From: an uncultured beta proteobacterium
GTDB lineage: Bacteria > Pseudomonadota > Gammaproteobacteria > Burkholderiales > Casimicrobiaceae
Length of the DNA: 64,000 bases
Direction: 5' to 3'
NCBI GenBank assembly: GCA_963730465.1
Contig: CAVSRR010000006.1
Span: 432,934 to 496,933, forward strand
The notes under the pieces are model-generated. The model was not told where the DNA came from, made no database searches, and saw only the letters and a program-made list of their open reading frames with translations. This document shows positions 1 through 10,499 of the stretch, in pieces (position 1 is the stretch's first letter; each line of letters begins with the position of its first letter). A program made the translations under genes and the position numbers.

Positions 1-163
1 GTGAAGGCGCGGGAGCGTCGCATGGGTTTCAGATGATCGCTGCGCACCCGTGCATTGCGGGTGAGGTCCTGCCGGCGCGGGGCGATTGCGGGTGCGCGGC
101 GGCAGGCGGCATCGGACGATTATGCCACCCGGCGGGGCGTTGCCGGGCGATGCGGCCGATGCG

Positions 164-192
164 TTGCACGCCGCCGAAAATCCCGTTATAGT
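164..192 (+). promoter_or_regulatory. Candidate sigma70 promoter of the leuA leader (TTGCAC -35, 17-nt spacer, TATAGT -10)
   Basis: TTGCAC at 164-169 and TATAGT at 187-192 read directly. The predicted start site falls at or just before the leader ATG at 199. Confidence 0.45.
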
Positions 193-198
193 TAATCC

Positions 199-294
199 AT
201 GAGCAGCTTGCGCGACTTTGCTTTCGCCATCTCGCGACTTTCTCCGATCGCCATCCTCGGCGGTCTGCTGCTGCTGCGCCCCGCGCGCAGATAA
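199..294 (+). CDS. Leucine-rich leader peptide, 31 codons (MSSLRDFAFAISRLSPIAILGGLLLLRPARR); candidate leu attenuator ORF
   Basis: ATG 199, TAA 292-294. Four consecutive CTG Leu codons at 265-276 plus three more Leu. Ends 87 nt before leuA. A CTGCGC/GCGCAG hairpin (274-290) overlaps the end of the Leu run. Confidence 0.5.
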   Translation: MSSLRDFAFAISRLSPIAILGGLLLLRPARR

Positions 295-381
295 CTCACA
301 CCCCTTTCGCAGTCGCCGTTCCTTGCCCGCCAAGTGCAGGCAGGGCCATCATCCATGAATGGAATCGTGCAGGAGCCGACC

Positions 382-1923
382 ATGCCAGACCACTTGATCA
401 TATTCGACACGACGTTGCGCGACGGAGAGCAGAGTCCGGGCGCATCCATGACCGCAGAAGAGAAGATGCGCATCGCCAAGCAGCTCGAGCGGCTGAAGGT
501 CGACGTCATCGAGGCGGGATTTCCCGCGTCCTCGAACGGGGATTTCGCCGCCGTCAGCGCCATCGCCAAGGCGATCAAGGGCAGCACCGTCTGCGCGCTG
601 GCTCGCGCCAACGAAAAGGACGTGCGCCGCGCGGGCGATGCGCTCAAGGGCGCCAAGTCGGGCCGCTTGCACATCTTCCTCGCGAGCTCGCCGATCCACA
701 TGAAGATGAAGCTCCGGATGACGCCGGAGGAAGTGCTCGCACAGGCAGTCAAATCGATCGCCTGGGCGCGCGAATACACCGACAACATCGAGTTCTCGCC
801 CGAAGACGCAGGCCGCTCGGAGCCGGATTTTCTGTGCACGCTCGTCGAGGCGACGATCGCGGCCGGCGCCACGACGATCAACATTCCCGACACCGTCGGC
901 TACACCATGCCGTGGCAATTCGGCGAGCTGATCCGGAGCCTGCGCGAGCGCGTCCCGAATTCCGGCAAGGCCGTCTGGTCGGTGCATTGCCATAACGATC
1001 TGGGCATGGCGGTCGCCAACTCGGTCGCCGCGGTGATGAACGGCGCGCGCCAGGTCGAGTGCACGATCAACGGCCTCGGCGAGCGCGCCGGCAACGCGTC
1101 GCTGGAAGAGATCGTGATGGCGGTGAAGACGCGCAAGGACGTGTTCCCGTGCACGACCCGCGTCGACGCGACTCAGATCGTCGCGGCGTCGAAGCTCGTG
1201 TCGAGCATCACGGGCTTCCCGGTGCAGCCCAACAAGGCCATCGTCGGCGCCAATGCCTTTGCGCACGAATCGGGCATCCATCAGGACGGCGTGCTCAAGC
1301 ATCGCGAGACCTACGAGATCATGCGCGCCGAGGATGTGGGCTGGGGCGCGAACAAGCTCGTGCTGGGAAAGCTTTCCGGCCGCAACGCGTTCAAGAACCG
1401 CCTCTCGGAGCTGGGCATCGAGCTCGGCACCGAGGATGCGGTCAATCATGCCTTCGCGCGCTTCAAGGAGCTCGCCGACAAGAAAGGCGAGGTCTTCGAC
1501 GAGGACCTGCACGCGCTGGTCTCCGACGAGCAGGTGACGCCCGAGCGTGAGCATTACAAGCTGGTCGCGCTGAAGGTCGTCTCCGAGACCGGCGAGGTTC
1601 CCCATGCAAAGATCACGATGGGCGCCGGCGAAACGGAGCTCACCGCGCAAACGCGCGGTGACGGACCGATCGATGCGACATTCAAGGCGATCGAGCAACT
1701 GACGCATTCCGGCGCGGCGATGCTGCTGTACTCGGTCAATGCGATCACGACCGGCACCGATGCGCAGGGCGAGGTCACCGTGCGCCTGGAACGCGACGGG
1801 CGCATCGTCAATGGACTGGGGTCCGACACCGACATCCTGGTGGCATCGGCCAAGGCCTACATCAACGCGCTCAACAAGCTGCACAGCAAGCAGGAGCGAC
1901 TGAATCCGCAGCTCGCGGCGTAG
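382..1923 (+). CDS. leuA: 2-isopropylmalate synthase
   Basis: ORF 334..1923. N-terminus [42 protein letters not shown], and a C-terminal LeuA regulatory domain. AGGAG lies 6 nt before ATG 382. No frame break. Confidence 0.95.
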   Translation: MPDHLIIFDTTLRDGEQSPGASMTAEEKMRIAKQLERLKVDVIEAGFPASSNGDFAAVSAIAKAIKGSTVCALARANEKDVRRAGDALKGAKSGRLHIFLASSPIHMKMKLRMTPEEVLAQAVKSIAWAREYTDNIEFSPEDAGRSEPDFLCTLVEATIAAGATTINIPDTVGYTMPWQFGELIRSLRERVPNSGKAVWSVHCHNDLGMAVANSVAAVMNGARQVECTINGLGERAGNASLEEIVMAVKTRKDVFPCTTRVDATQIVAASKLVSSITGFPVQPNKAIVGANAFAHESGIHQDGVLKHRETYEIMRAEDVGWGANKLVLGKLSGRNAFKNRLSELGIELGTEDAVNHAFARFKELADKKGEVFDEDLHALVSDEQVTPEREHYKLVALKVVSETGEVPHAKITMGAGETELTAQTRGDGPIDATFKAIEQLTHSGAAMLLYSVNAITTGTDAQGEVTVRLERDGRIVNGLGSDTDILVASAKAYINALNKLHSKQERLNPQLAA

Positions 1924-2052
1924 ATCGGGTCTCGCAGGTCCATGCGCATGATGCCGACGGTGAACCCATCACGCCGGCACCTGCAACTTGTCGTGCCCGG
2001 AGCGCAGTATCACAATGGGGCTTCGCGTATCTAGCCGCTCCGGGAGCAGACA

Positions 2053-2784
2053 GTGAACGAAGGCTTGCGAACGGCTGAGAGCAAAGTCGCGGACGCCGAC
2101 AGCGCCGGAGACCAGGCCGCGTTGCCATCCGGCATTCGTCTTGGCGACATCGAGTTGCCCGTGTGGCCCGAAGGCCAGAGCGTGGACCCGATGTCGGCGC
2201 CGCTGATGGCGATCACCACCTTCAAGGACTGGGAGACCTATCATCCGGCGTTGATCGCCGCGGCGCTCGAGGCGGAGCAGGACCCGCAATTCTGCGCGAG
2301 GCTTTTTCGCGGGGGCTGCGGCACGAAGGTCCGCAGGATTCCCCAGTGGCGTTCGACATCGGCGCAACTGATCCACGCTCGCGCGCTGACACTCGCCCAT
2401 CGCACGCTCTCGCGCCGCGCGGTGTTCGCCGACGACAACTGGGGAAGCGTCTACCGCGACGGCGATCACTGCATGCCCCACAGCCATCTGCGCTCGGACG
2501 TCAGCCTCGTTTACATGCTCGATACGGGTGACGTCGATATGGACGATGAGCTCGCGGCGAGACTTTGCTTCGCCGATCCGCGCATCGATGCCTGTTGTCC
2601 GGACGAGCCGGGCCGCGTTACGCGTCACGTGATGCCGGTCATGACGCCCGGAACGATGCTCATCTTCTCGAGCGACTACCTGCACAGCGTCAATCCCTAT
2701 CACGGCAAGCGCCCGCGGATCACGCTCTCCTGGAACATCACCCTCCAACGCCTGCCCGGGCGTCCGGGCGAGGGGTGGATGTAG
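2053..2784 (+). CDS. Hypothetical protein, putative 2OG-Fe(II) oxygenase-like (TIGR02466 / 2OG-FeII_Oxy_5-like)
   Basis: Intact 243-aa ORF (GTG start). MPHSHLRSDVSLVYML and FSSDYLHSVNPYHGKRPRITLSWN resemble the metal-ligand and C-terminal strands of that family. Assignment by motif memory only. Confidence 0.5.
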   Translation: MNEGLRTAESKVADADSAGDQAALPSGIRLGDIELPVWPEGQSVDPMSAPLMAITTFKDWETYHPALIAAALEAEQDPQFCARLFRGGCGTKVRRIPQWRSTSAQLIHARALTLAHRTLSRRAVFADDNWGSVYRDGDHCMPHSHLRSDVSLVYMLDTGDVDMDDELAARLCFADPRIDACCPDEPGRVTRHVMPVMTPGTMLIFSSDYLHSVNPYHGKRPRITLSWNITLQRLPGRPGEGWM

Positions 2785-2945
2785 CGCGGGCTAAGGGCCC
2801 ATGGTGACCGGGACGGCGGCGCCGCCGTCTGCTATCATTTCCGCACTGCAGCAAATAGCGCGTCGCGCCCGAGTCGGGACGGGCCGACTTGGCAGCGTTG
2901 CTCTGCACCATGGCGGTGCAGCAACGTAACAACGCGAGGACTGAA

Positions 2946-4553
2946 ATGAGTGCGCCCATCTACGGTCAGGGGATCGAAGTCATCGGCCGCGTGCCCCCCG
3001 AATACGCGCGGATCCTGAGTGCCGAGGCGGTGGCGTTTGCGGCCCGTCTGCAACGCGCCTTCGGCCGCCGCCGCGAAGAGTTGCTGACGCTGAGGGCGAC
3101 GCGCCAGAAAGCCTTCGACGCCGGCAGCGCTGCCCGGCTTTCTCGAAGAAACCCGGGCGATCCGCGAGGCAAGCTGGGTTTGTGCGCCGATTCCCGACGA
3201 CATTCAGGATCGCCGCGTCGAGATCACCGGCCCGGTCGACCGCAAGATGATCATCAACGCGCTCAATTCGGGCGCGAGCGTGTTCATGGCCGATTTCGAG
3301 GACGCCAACACGCCGAGCTGGGACAACAATATCCAGGGCCAGCTCAACCTCCGCGATGCGATCCGGCGCGAGATCGACTACGTCACGCCCGAAGGCAGGG
3401 CGTTACAAGCTGCAGCGAAAAAACCGCGACGCTATTCGTCCGGCCGCGCGGCTGGCACCTCCCGGAGAAGCACGTCATCGGTCGACGGCAAGCCGATCTC
3501 CGGTGGAATCTTCGACTTCGCGCTGTACTTTTTCCACAACGCCAAGGAGCTGCTCGCGCGCGGCAGCGGACCCTATTTCTATCTGCCCAAGCTCGAGAGC
3601 CACCTCGAGGCCAGGCTCTGGAACGACATTTTCATCGCGGCGGAGGATGAGCTCGGGCATCCGCCGAGGGACGATCAAGGCCACCGTGCTCATCGAGACC
3701 ATACTCGCGGCGTTCGAGATGGACGAGATCCTGTACGAGTTGCGCGAGCATTCCGCGGGACTCAATTGCGGCCGCTGGGACTACATTTTCTCGTGCATCA
3801 AGAAGCTTCGTAACCATCGCGACTTTTGCCTTGCCGACCGCGTGCGGGTCACCATGACGACGCACTTCATGCGCTCGTACGCCGAGCTTTGCATCAAGAC
3901 CTGCCATCGCCGCAACATTCATGCGATGGGAGGCATGGCGGCGCAGATTCCGGTGAAGAACGACGAAAAGGCCAACGCCGAGGCGTTCGCCAAGGTCAAG
4001 GTCGACAAGGAGCACGAGGCGACGATCGGCCACGACGGCACCTGGGTCGCGCATCCGGGCATGGTCCAGCTCGCGAAGGAAGTGTTCGACCGGCTGATGC
4101 CGACGCCGAATCAGATCGCCAGCAAGAAGCGCGAGGACGTGAAAGTCACCGCCGCCGATCTTGCTGAAGTTCGAGCCCGAGGCGCCGATCACCGAGAACG
4201 GGCTGCGGCTCAACGTCAACGTCGCCATACAGTACGTCGGCGCGTGGCTTGCCGGGCAGGGGGCGGTTCCGATCTTCAACCTGATGGAAGACGCCGCCAC
4301 GGCGGAGATTTCACGCTCGCAGGTGTGGCAGTGGATACGCTCTCCCAAGGGCGTTCTCGACGATGGGCGCAAGGTGACCAAGGCGATGGTCGCAGCGATG
4401 ATTCCGCAGGAGCTGCAGAAGATTCGCGACCTCCTCGGTGCGGCTTATGCCGAGGGAAAATATGACGAGGCCGCGACGATTTTCGCCGGCCTGGTCAACG
4501 ACGACACGTTCGTGGAATTCCTGACGCTGCCGGCGTACGAGCGGATCGACTGA
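2946..4553 (+). CDS. aceB: Malate synthase A, interrupted by about six frame switches in this assembly
   Basis: Pieces in three frames: [14 protein letters not shown] (ATG 2946, GAGGA RBS), [103 protein letters not shown], and C-terminus [14 protein letters not shown] with stop at 4553. Confidence 0.9.
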
Positions 4554-4596
4554 GTTTCGTCCAGCCTGCGGCGCCTCGGCGTTCGACGCTTCTCGT

Positions 4597-5185
4597 CACT
4601 CGATGCGGCACGCCTCGTCAAAGGCCAGTCGCGGAGCGCGCGGGCGCAGCTTTGCACGGGTCGCCATGCCCGAGATTGCAAAGGAAATTCGATCTGATCG
4701 TGCCGCCGGGGAAGAATGCCGCGTCGACCTTGGCATTGTCGAACCCCGACATCGGCCCGCAATCGAGCCCCAACGCGCGCGCCGCGACGATCAGGTAGCC
4801 GCCCTGCAAGGATCCCGTTGCGCATTGCCGTCGTCGAGGATCACGTCGGGATGATCCACGAATAGTCTTCTTCACGTCGGTCGCTCGGCGCAAGCACGAC
4901 ATCTTTGCGTAGAATTCCAGATCGTAGGCGACGATCGCCGTCGCCGGCGCCGCCATGGTCTTGTCGACATTGCCGGCATCGAGCGCCGGCCGCAGCTTCT
5001 CCTTCGCTGCCGCGGCTCCTCACGAACACGATGCGGGCCGGCGAGCAATTCGCAGACGTCGGTCCCCATTTCATCAGGTCGTAGATCGCGCGAAGCGTCT
5101 CATCGCTGACGGGCCGACCGTTCCACGACCGGTATGTCCGGGCGGTGCGGAATAGCTGATCCAGTGCATCGTCGGGCAGGCTCAT
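4597..5185 (-). CDS. Nitroreductase family protein (RutE/YdjA-like), at least 2 frame breaks
   Basis: [55 protein letters not shown] (start 5185). Then [10 protein letters not shown]...[23 protein letters not shown]-terminus [12 protein letters not shown]-stop at 4597 lies in a third frame. Confidence 0.75.
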
Positions 5186-5231
5186 GGACGCAAACTCTAG
5201 GTTGAAGGGATCATTGAGAGGCATTATCGCC

Positions 5232-5252
5232 GATATTGATTCAATTAATTGG
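5232..5252. promoter_or_regulatory. AT-rich island with perfect 10-bp palindrome CAATTAATTG; candidate operator in the divergent nitroreductase/rubrerythrin promoter region
   Basis: GATATTGATTCAATTAATTGG read directly; palindrome at 5242-5251. Only 11/19 matches to the classical Fur box when aligned by eye. Confidence 0.3.
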
Positions 5253-5387
5253 ACGCATGGCCTTGCGCCGGGTAGATTCGACGAACGGCGCAGTCTGGGC
5301 GCAACTTCTGCACCTTTCCCCGATCGAACTTTTGCGAATGATCCCGACTGGGTTTCCCGCTTGTAGCGCTGCAACGAGGAGAACGCA

Positions 5388-5807
5388 ATGAATCTCAAGG
5401 GCACCAAGACGCACGACAATCTCAAGGCTGCGTTCGCCGGCGAATCGCAGGCGAACCGGCGCTACCTCTATTTCGCGAGCAAGGCCGACGTCGAAGGACA
5501 AAATGACGTCGCGGCCGTTTTCCGCTCGACCGCCGAAGGCGAGACCGGCCATGCGCACGGGCATCTCGACTATCTGGTGGCGGTGGGCGATCCCGCGACC
5601 GATCTGCCGATCGGCAAGAGCCGCGACAACCTCAAGGCCGCGATCGCAGGCGAGACGCACGAATACAGCGACATGTATCCGGGCATGGCCAAGTCGGCCC
5701 GCAGCGAGGGCTTCGACGAGATCGCCGATTGGTTCGAGACGCTTGCCAAGGCGGAGCGGTCGCACGCCAACCGGTTCCAGAAGGCGCTGGATTCACTCTC
5801 CGACTAG
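5388..5807 (+). CDS. Rubrerythrin-family diiron protein (no rubredoxin domain)
   Basis: Intact 139-aa [51 protein letters not shown], and a duplicated ExxH ferritin-like fold. GAGGAG RBS. Confidence 0.9.
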   Translation: MNLKGTKTHDNLKAAFAGESQANRRYLYFASKADVEGQNDVAAVFRSTAEGETGHAHGHLDYLVAVGDPATDLPIGKSRDNLKAAIAGETHEYSDMYPGMAKSARSEGFDEIADWFETLAKAERSHANRFQKALDSLSD

Positions 5808-5809
5808 TT

Positions 5810-5873
5810 GTTATTGCGTCAGGGCGGGCAACGGATCGGGATTTGCCCGTGGGAGTTGCCCTGACGCAATAAC
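5810..5873 (+). repeat. 64-nt nested inverted repeat (16-bp perfect outer stem, 6-bp inner stem) directly after the rubrerythrin stop
   Basis: GTTATTGCGTCAGGGC (5810-5825) pairs perfectly with GCCCTGACGCAATAAC (5858-5873). Inner GGGCAA (5826-5831) pairs with TTGCCC (5842-5847). No U-tract follows. Confidence 0.85.
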
Positions 5874-5975
5874 TCCGCCGATTGGAGCGGCGTGCTTTGC
5901 CCGCCGCTCAATCTGCGGAAACGCGCCACGCGTGTTGCAAGCGCGAATCGTTCTCAGTCTTTTCTGACTATCCCC

Positions 5976-7331
5976 ATGCGCGAAGGCAGTCTCGAGGCAC
6001 CCACCCGCCATCCGCTGGACTGGCGCAACCCGGATTTCTACGACCAGGCGTCCGCCGACGCCGAGCTGGAGCGCGTCTTCAACATCTGTCACGGCTGCCG
6101 GCGCTGCGTCAGCCTGTGCAACGCGTTTCCCACGCTCTTCGACCTGATCGACGAGAGCAAGTCGGGCGAGATCGACGGCGTCGACAAGGCGGACTTCGGC
6201 AAGGTCGTCGATCAGTGCTATCTCTGCGACATCTGCTACATGACCAAGTGTCCCTACGTTCCGCCGCATCCCTGGAACGTGGATTTTCCGCACGTCATGC
6301 TGCGAGCCAAGGCGATCAAGTTCCGGCAGGGCGAGACGAATTTTCGCGACAAGACGCTCACCAGCACCGACCGCGTGGGCAAGCTCGCCACCATCCCGGT
6401 GGTCGTGCAGATGGTGAACAAGGCGAACAGGACGCCCGCGGTGCGGCGCGCGATGCAGAAGCTCATCGGCGTCCATGCCAAGCGCTGGTTGCCGCCTTAC
6501 GCGACGCGCCGCTTCGCGAAGCTCGCGCCCGAGTCGAAAAGCTGGCCCGTCAAAGCGGGCGAGCGCACGCCCGGCAAGGTCGCGATTTTCGCGAGCTGCT
6601 ACGTCAACTTCAACGAGCCGGGCATCGGCCTCGACCTGATCCGCGTCCTGGAGCACAACGAGATTCCGTACGTCCTGATCGAGAAGGAAGCGTGCTGCGG
6701 CATGCCCAAGCTGGAGCTTGGCGACCTGGATGCGGTGGAGCGGCTCAAGAACGCGAACATGCCCGAGCTCGCGCGACTCGCATCGGAAGGATTCGCGATT
6801 CTGACCCCGATTCCGTCGTGCACGCTCATGTTCAAGAGCGAACTTCCGCTGATCTTTCCAGGCGACGGCCAGGTCAAGGCTGTCGCTGAGGCGATGTTCG
6901 ATCCGTTCGAATACCTGATCGCGCGCGACAAGGATGGCCTGCTGAAAAAAACATTTAGCACGCCGCTGGGCAAGGTCAGCTACCACGTCCCCTGCCATTC
7001 GCGCGTGCAGAACATCGGGCAGAAGACCCGCGAAGTGCTCGAGTGGATTCCGGACACCTCGGTCAACACGGTCGAGCGTTGCGCGGGGCACGACGGAACG
7101 TGGGGTGTCAAGACCGAGCATTTCGAGACAGCGATGAAGATCGGCCGGCCGGTATTCCGCCAGATGGAGCAGACCGCGCCCGACTACATCAGCTCCGACT
7201 GCCCGATCGCCGGACGCGCGATTTTGCAGGGGATCGAGGAGGCGGCGACTCCGGCGCATCCGAAAAAGGCGCATCCCCTGACGCTGCTGCGCATCGCGTA
7301 CGGCCTGTCCGGCGACGGCGCGACGTCATAG
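5976..7331 (+). CDS. HdrD/GlpC-like iron-sulfur oxidoreductase (2x 4Fe-4S ferredoxin motifs + 2x cysteine-rich CCG domains)
   Basis: ORF 5892..7331, likely ATG 5976 (MREGSLEAPTRHPLDW). Motifs CHGCRRCVSLC, CYLCDICYMTKC, EACCGMP, VPCHSRVQNIG, CAGHDG. Intact. Confidence 0.85.
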   Translation: MREGSLEAPTRHPLDWRNPDFYDQASADAELERVFNICHGCRRCVSLCNAFPTLFDLIDESKSGEIDGVDKADFGKVVDQCYLCDICYMTKCPYVPPHPWNVDFPHVMLRAKAIKFRQGETNFRDKTLTSTDRVGKLATIPVVVQMVNKANRTPAVRRAMQKLIGVHAKRWLPPYATRRFAKLAPESKSWPVKAGERTPGKVAIFASCYVNFNEPGIGLDLIRVLEHNEIPYVLIEKEACCGMPKLELGDLDAVERLKNANMPELARLASEGFAILTPIPSCTLMFKSELPLIFPGDGQVKAVAEAMFDPFEYLIARDKDGLLKKTFSTPLGKVSYHVPCHSRVQNIGQKTREVLEWIPDTSVNTVERCAGHDGTWGVKTEHFETAMKIGRPVFRQMEQTAPDYISSDCPIAGRAILQGIEEAATPAHPKKAHPLTLLRIAYGLSGDGATS

Positions 7332-7345
7332 GAGCACGATCGACC

Positions 7346-7938
7346 GTGCCCCGGATCACGCGCGAGAGCCTCCTCACGCTCGAGGCATATGCGAAGGAGC
7401 GCAAGGACTTCCGCGTCCGAGTCATCGCGCACAAGAAGCAGCGCACGATACATCTCGGGCCGCATCTGACGCTGCTGTTCGAGGACGAGCTCACCATCCG
7501 CTACCAGATCCAGGAAATACTGCGGGTCGAAAAAACCTTCGAGGAAGAGGCGATCCAGGACGAGCTCGATGCCTACAATCCGCTCGTGCCCGACGGCAGC
7601 AACTGGAAGGCGACGCTGCTGATCGAGTACGAGGACGTCGAGGAGCGCAAGCAGGCGCTATCGGCGCTGAGGGGTATCGAGGATCGGGTCTGGGTCCAGG
7701 TGGGAACGCTGACCGCGCGTTTACGCGATCGCGGACGAAGACCTGGAGCGCGAGAACGAGCAAAAGACGTCTGCCGTCCACTTCGTGCGCTTCGAGCTGA
7801 GCCGCGCCCTGATCGAGGACCTGAATCGACGGCGCCGCGCTCGCCATCGGCGTCGACCATCCGGCGTACGCGTTCACGTTGAGCGAGGTGGGCGAAGCGA
7901 CACGCAAGGCGTTGCTCGCCGACTTGTCCGGAGCCTAG
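7346..7938 (+). CDS. DUF3501 family protein, at least 2 frame breaks near 7720-7860
   Basis: GTG 7346 after AGGAG. ITRESLLTLEAYAKERKDFRVRVIAHKKQRTIHLGPHLTLLFEDELTIRYQIQEILRVEK...YNPLVPDGSNWKATLLIEYED. C-terminal pieces HFVRFELS and DHPAYAFTLSEVGEATRKALLADLSGA-stop lie in other frames. Confidence 0.7.
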
Positions 7939-8496
7939 AGCGACAAGACGTCCGAAGACGACCAGCGCTCCCATGCTTCGCGCGTGATGCCGCGAATGCA
8001 GAATGGCTCGCGCTTGCCCGCGGTGCTCACGCATCGTCGTATGCAGGAGCCTCAAGCCGCATTTCTCCATGACCCTTCCCGATGCGGGATTGCGCACCAG
8101 GTGCGACGCCGTGACCTCGTCGCAATCGAGATAGCCGAACATCAGCGAAATCACGGCGCGCGTCGCTGAGGTCGCGAAACCCTGTCCCCAGTACGGCGCC
8201 CCGATCCAGTAGCCGAAATTCTCGTGCGCGTCGGCAATGGGCCGGGCCTCGATCGCGCCGACCAGCAGGCCGTCCTCCGCTCGCGTGATCGCATATACGT
8301 ACGCGATGCCGCGCTCGCGCTCGACCTGGTGGGTGCTTATCCACTGCTCCGCCATCCCGCTCTCGTACGGATGCGGGATCAGCGCGGTGGTTTCCGCGAC
8401 GGTATATTCACCGGCGAGCGCCCGCACGCGCGGCGCATCGTCCGGCACGAACGGCCGCAGCGTAACCGGGAGAGAGGTGACGCGCTCGGGTAGCAA
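7935..8496 (-). CDS. GNAT family N-acetyltransferase (RimJ/RimL-like), 1 frame break at the C-terminus
   Basis: LRPFVPDDAPRVRALAGE...WISTHQVERERG...GYWIGAPYWGQGFATSATRAVISLMF...VTASHLVRNPASGRVMEKCGLRL. The reconstructed tail ITREAWERW ends at TAG 7935-7937. Confidence 0.75.
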
Positions 8497-8513
8497 AACC
8501 GGGCGGAGCGAAG

Positions 8514-8999
8514 TCAGTCTCGGAAGTTGCCGAACTGGAGCGGAAAGTCGGTGATCGTCTTCTTGATCAGCGCGATGGCGTCCTGCAATACGTCTCTTTT
8601 CGCGCCCGAAACGCGCACGGCGTCGCCCTGGATGCTGCCCTGGACCTTGAGCTTGCTGTCCTTGAGCGCCTTGACGATCTTCTTCGACAGCTCCTGCTCG
8701 ACGCCGACGCGAACGGTGACTTTCTGCTTGACCTTGTCGTGGCTCATTTTCTCGATCGTCTCGAACTTGAGCGATCGGACGTCGACTCCGCGCTTGGTCA
8801 GCTTGCCCAAGACCACGTCCGTGACCTGGCGGAGCTTGAACTCGTCGTCGGCGAAGAGGGTGAGCTCCTTCTCCTTGTGCTCCACGCGCGAGTCGGATCC
8901 CTTGAAGTCGAAGCGCGTCGATATTTCCTTGTTCGCCTGCTCGATCGCGTTGCGAAGCTCGACCTGATCAACTTCTGAAATGATGTCGAAGGATGGCAT
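8514..8999 (-). CDS. yajQ: YajQ family (UPF0234) nucleotide / cyclic-di-GMP-binding protein
   Basis: [40 protein letters not shown]...[10 protein letters not shown]. Intact 161 aa, ATG at 8999. Confidence 0.9.
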   Translation of the reverse strand: MPSFDIISEVDQVELRNAIEQANKEISTRFDFKGSDSRVEHKEKELTLFADDEFKLRQVTDVVLGKLTKRGVDVRSLKFETIEKMSHDKVKQKVTVRVGVEQELSKKIVKALKDSKLKVQGSIQGDAVRVSGAKRDVLQDAIALIKKTITDFPLQFGNFRD

Positions 9000-9094
9000 G
9001 GTTCTGATCTGAGAGTGATGATGCGCGAACGCTAGCACGTTCGGCCACGGTGTGCGATAGGTCGCCCAAGGCGCGTCCGCATCGTCTAGAATGA

Positions 9095-10469
<1,375 letters not shown>

Positions 10470-10499
10470 CGCCGCGAGGGCGGCAGAACCTCAATCGAC

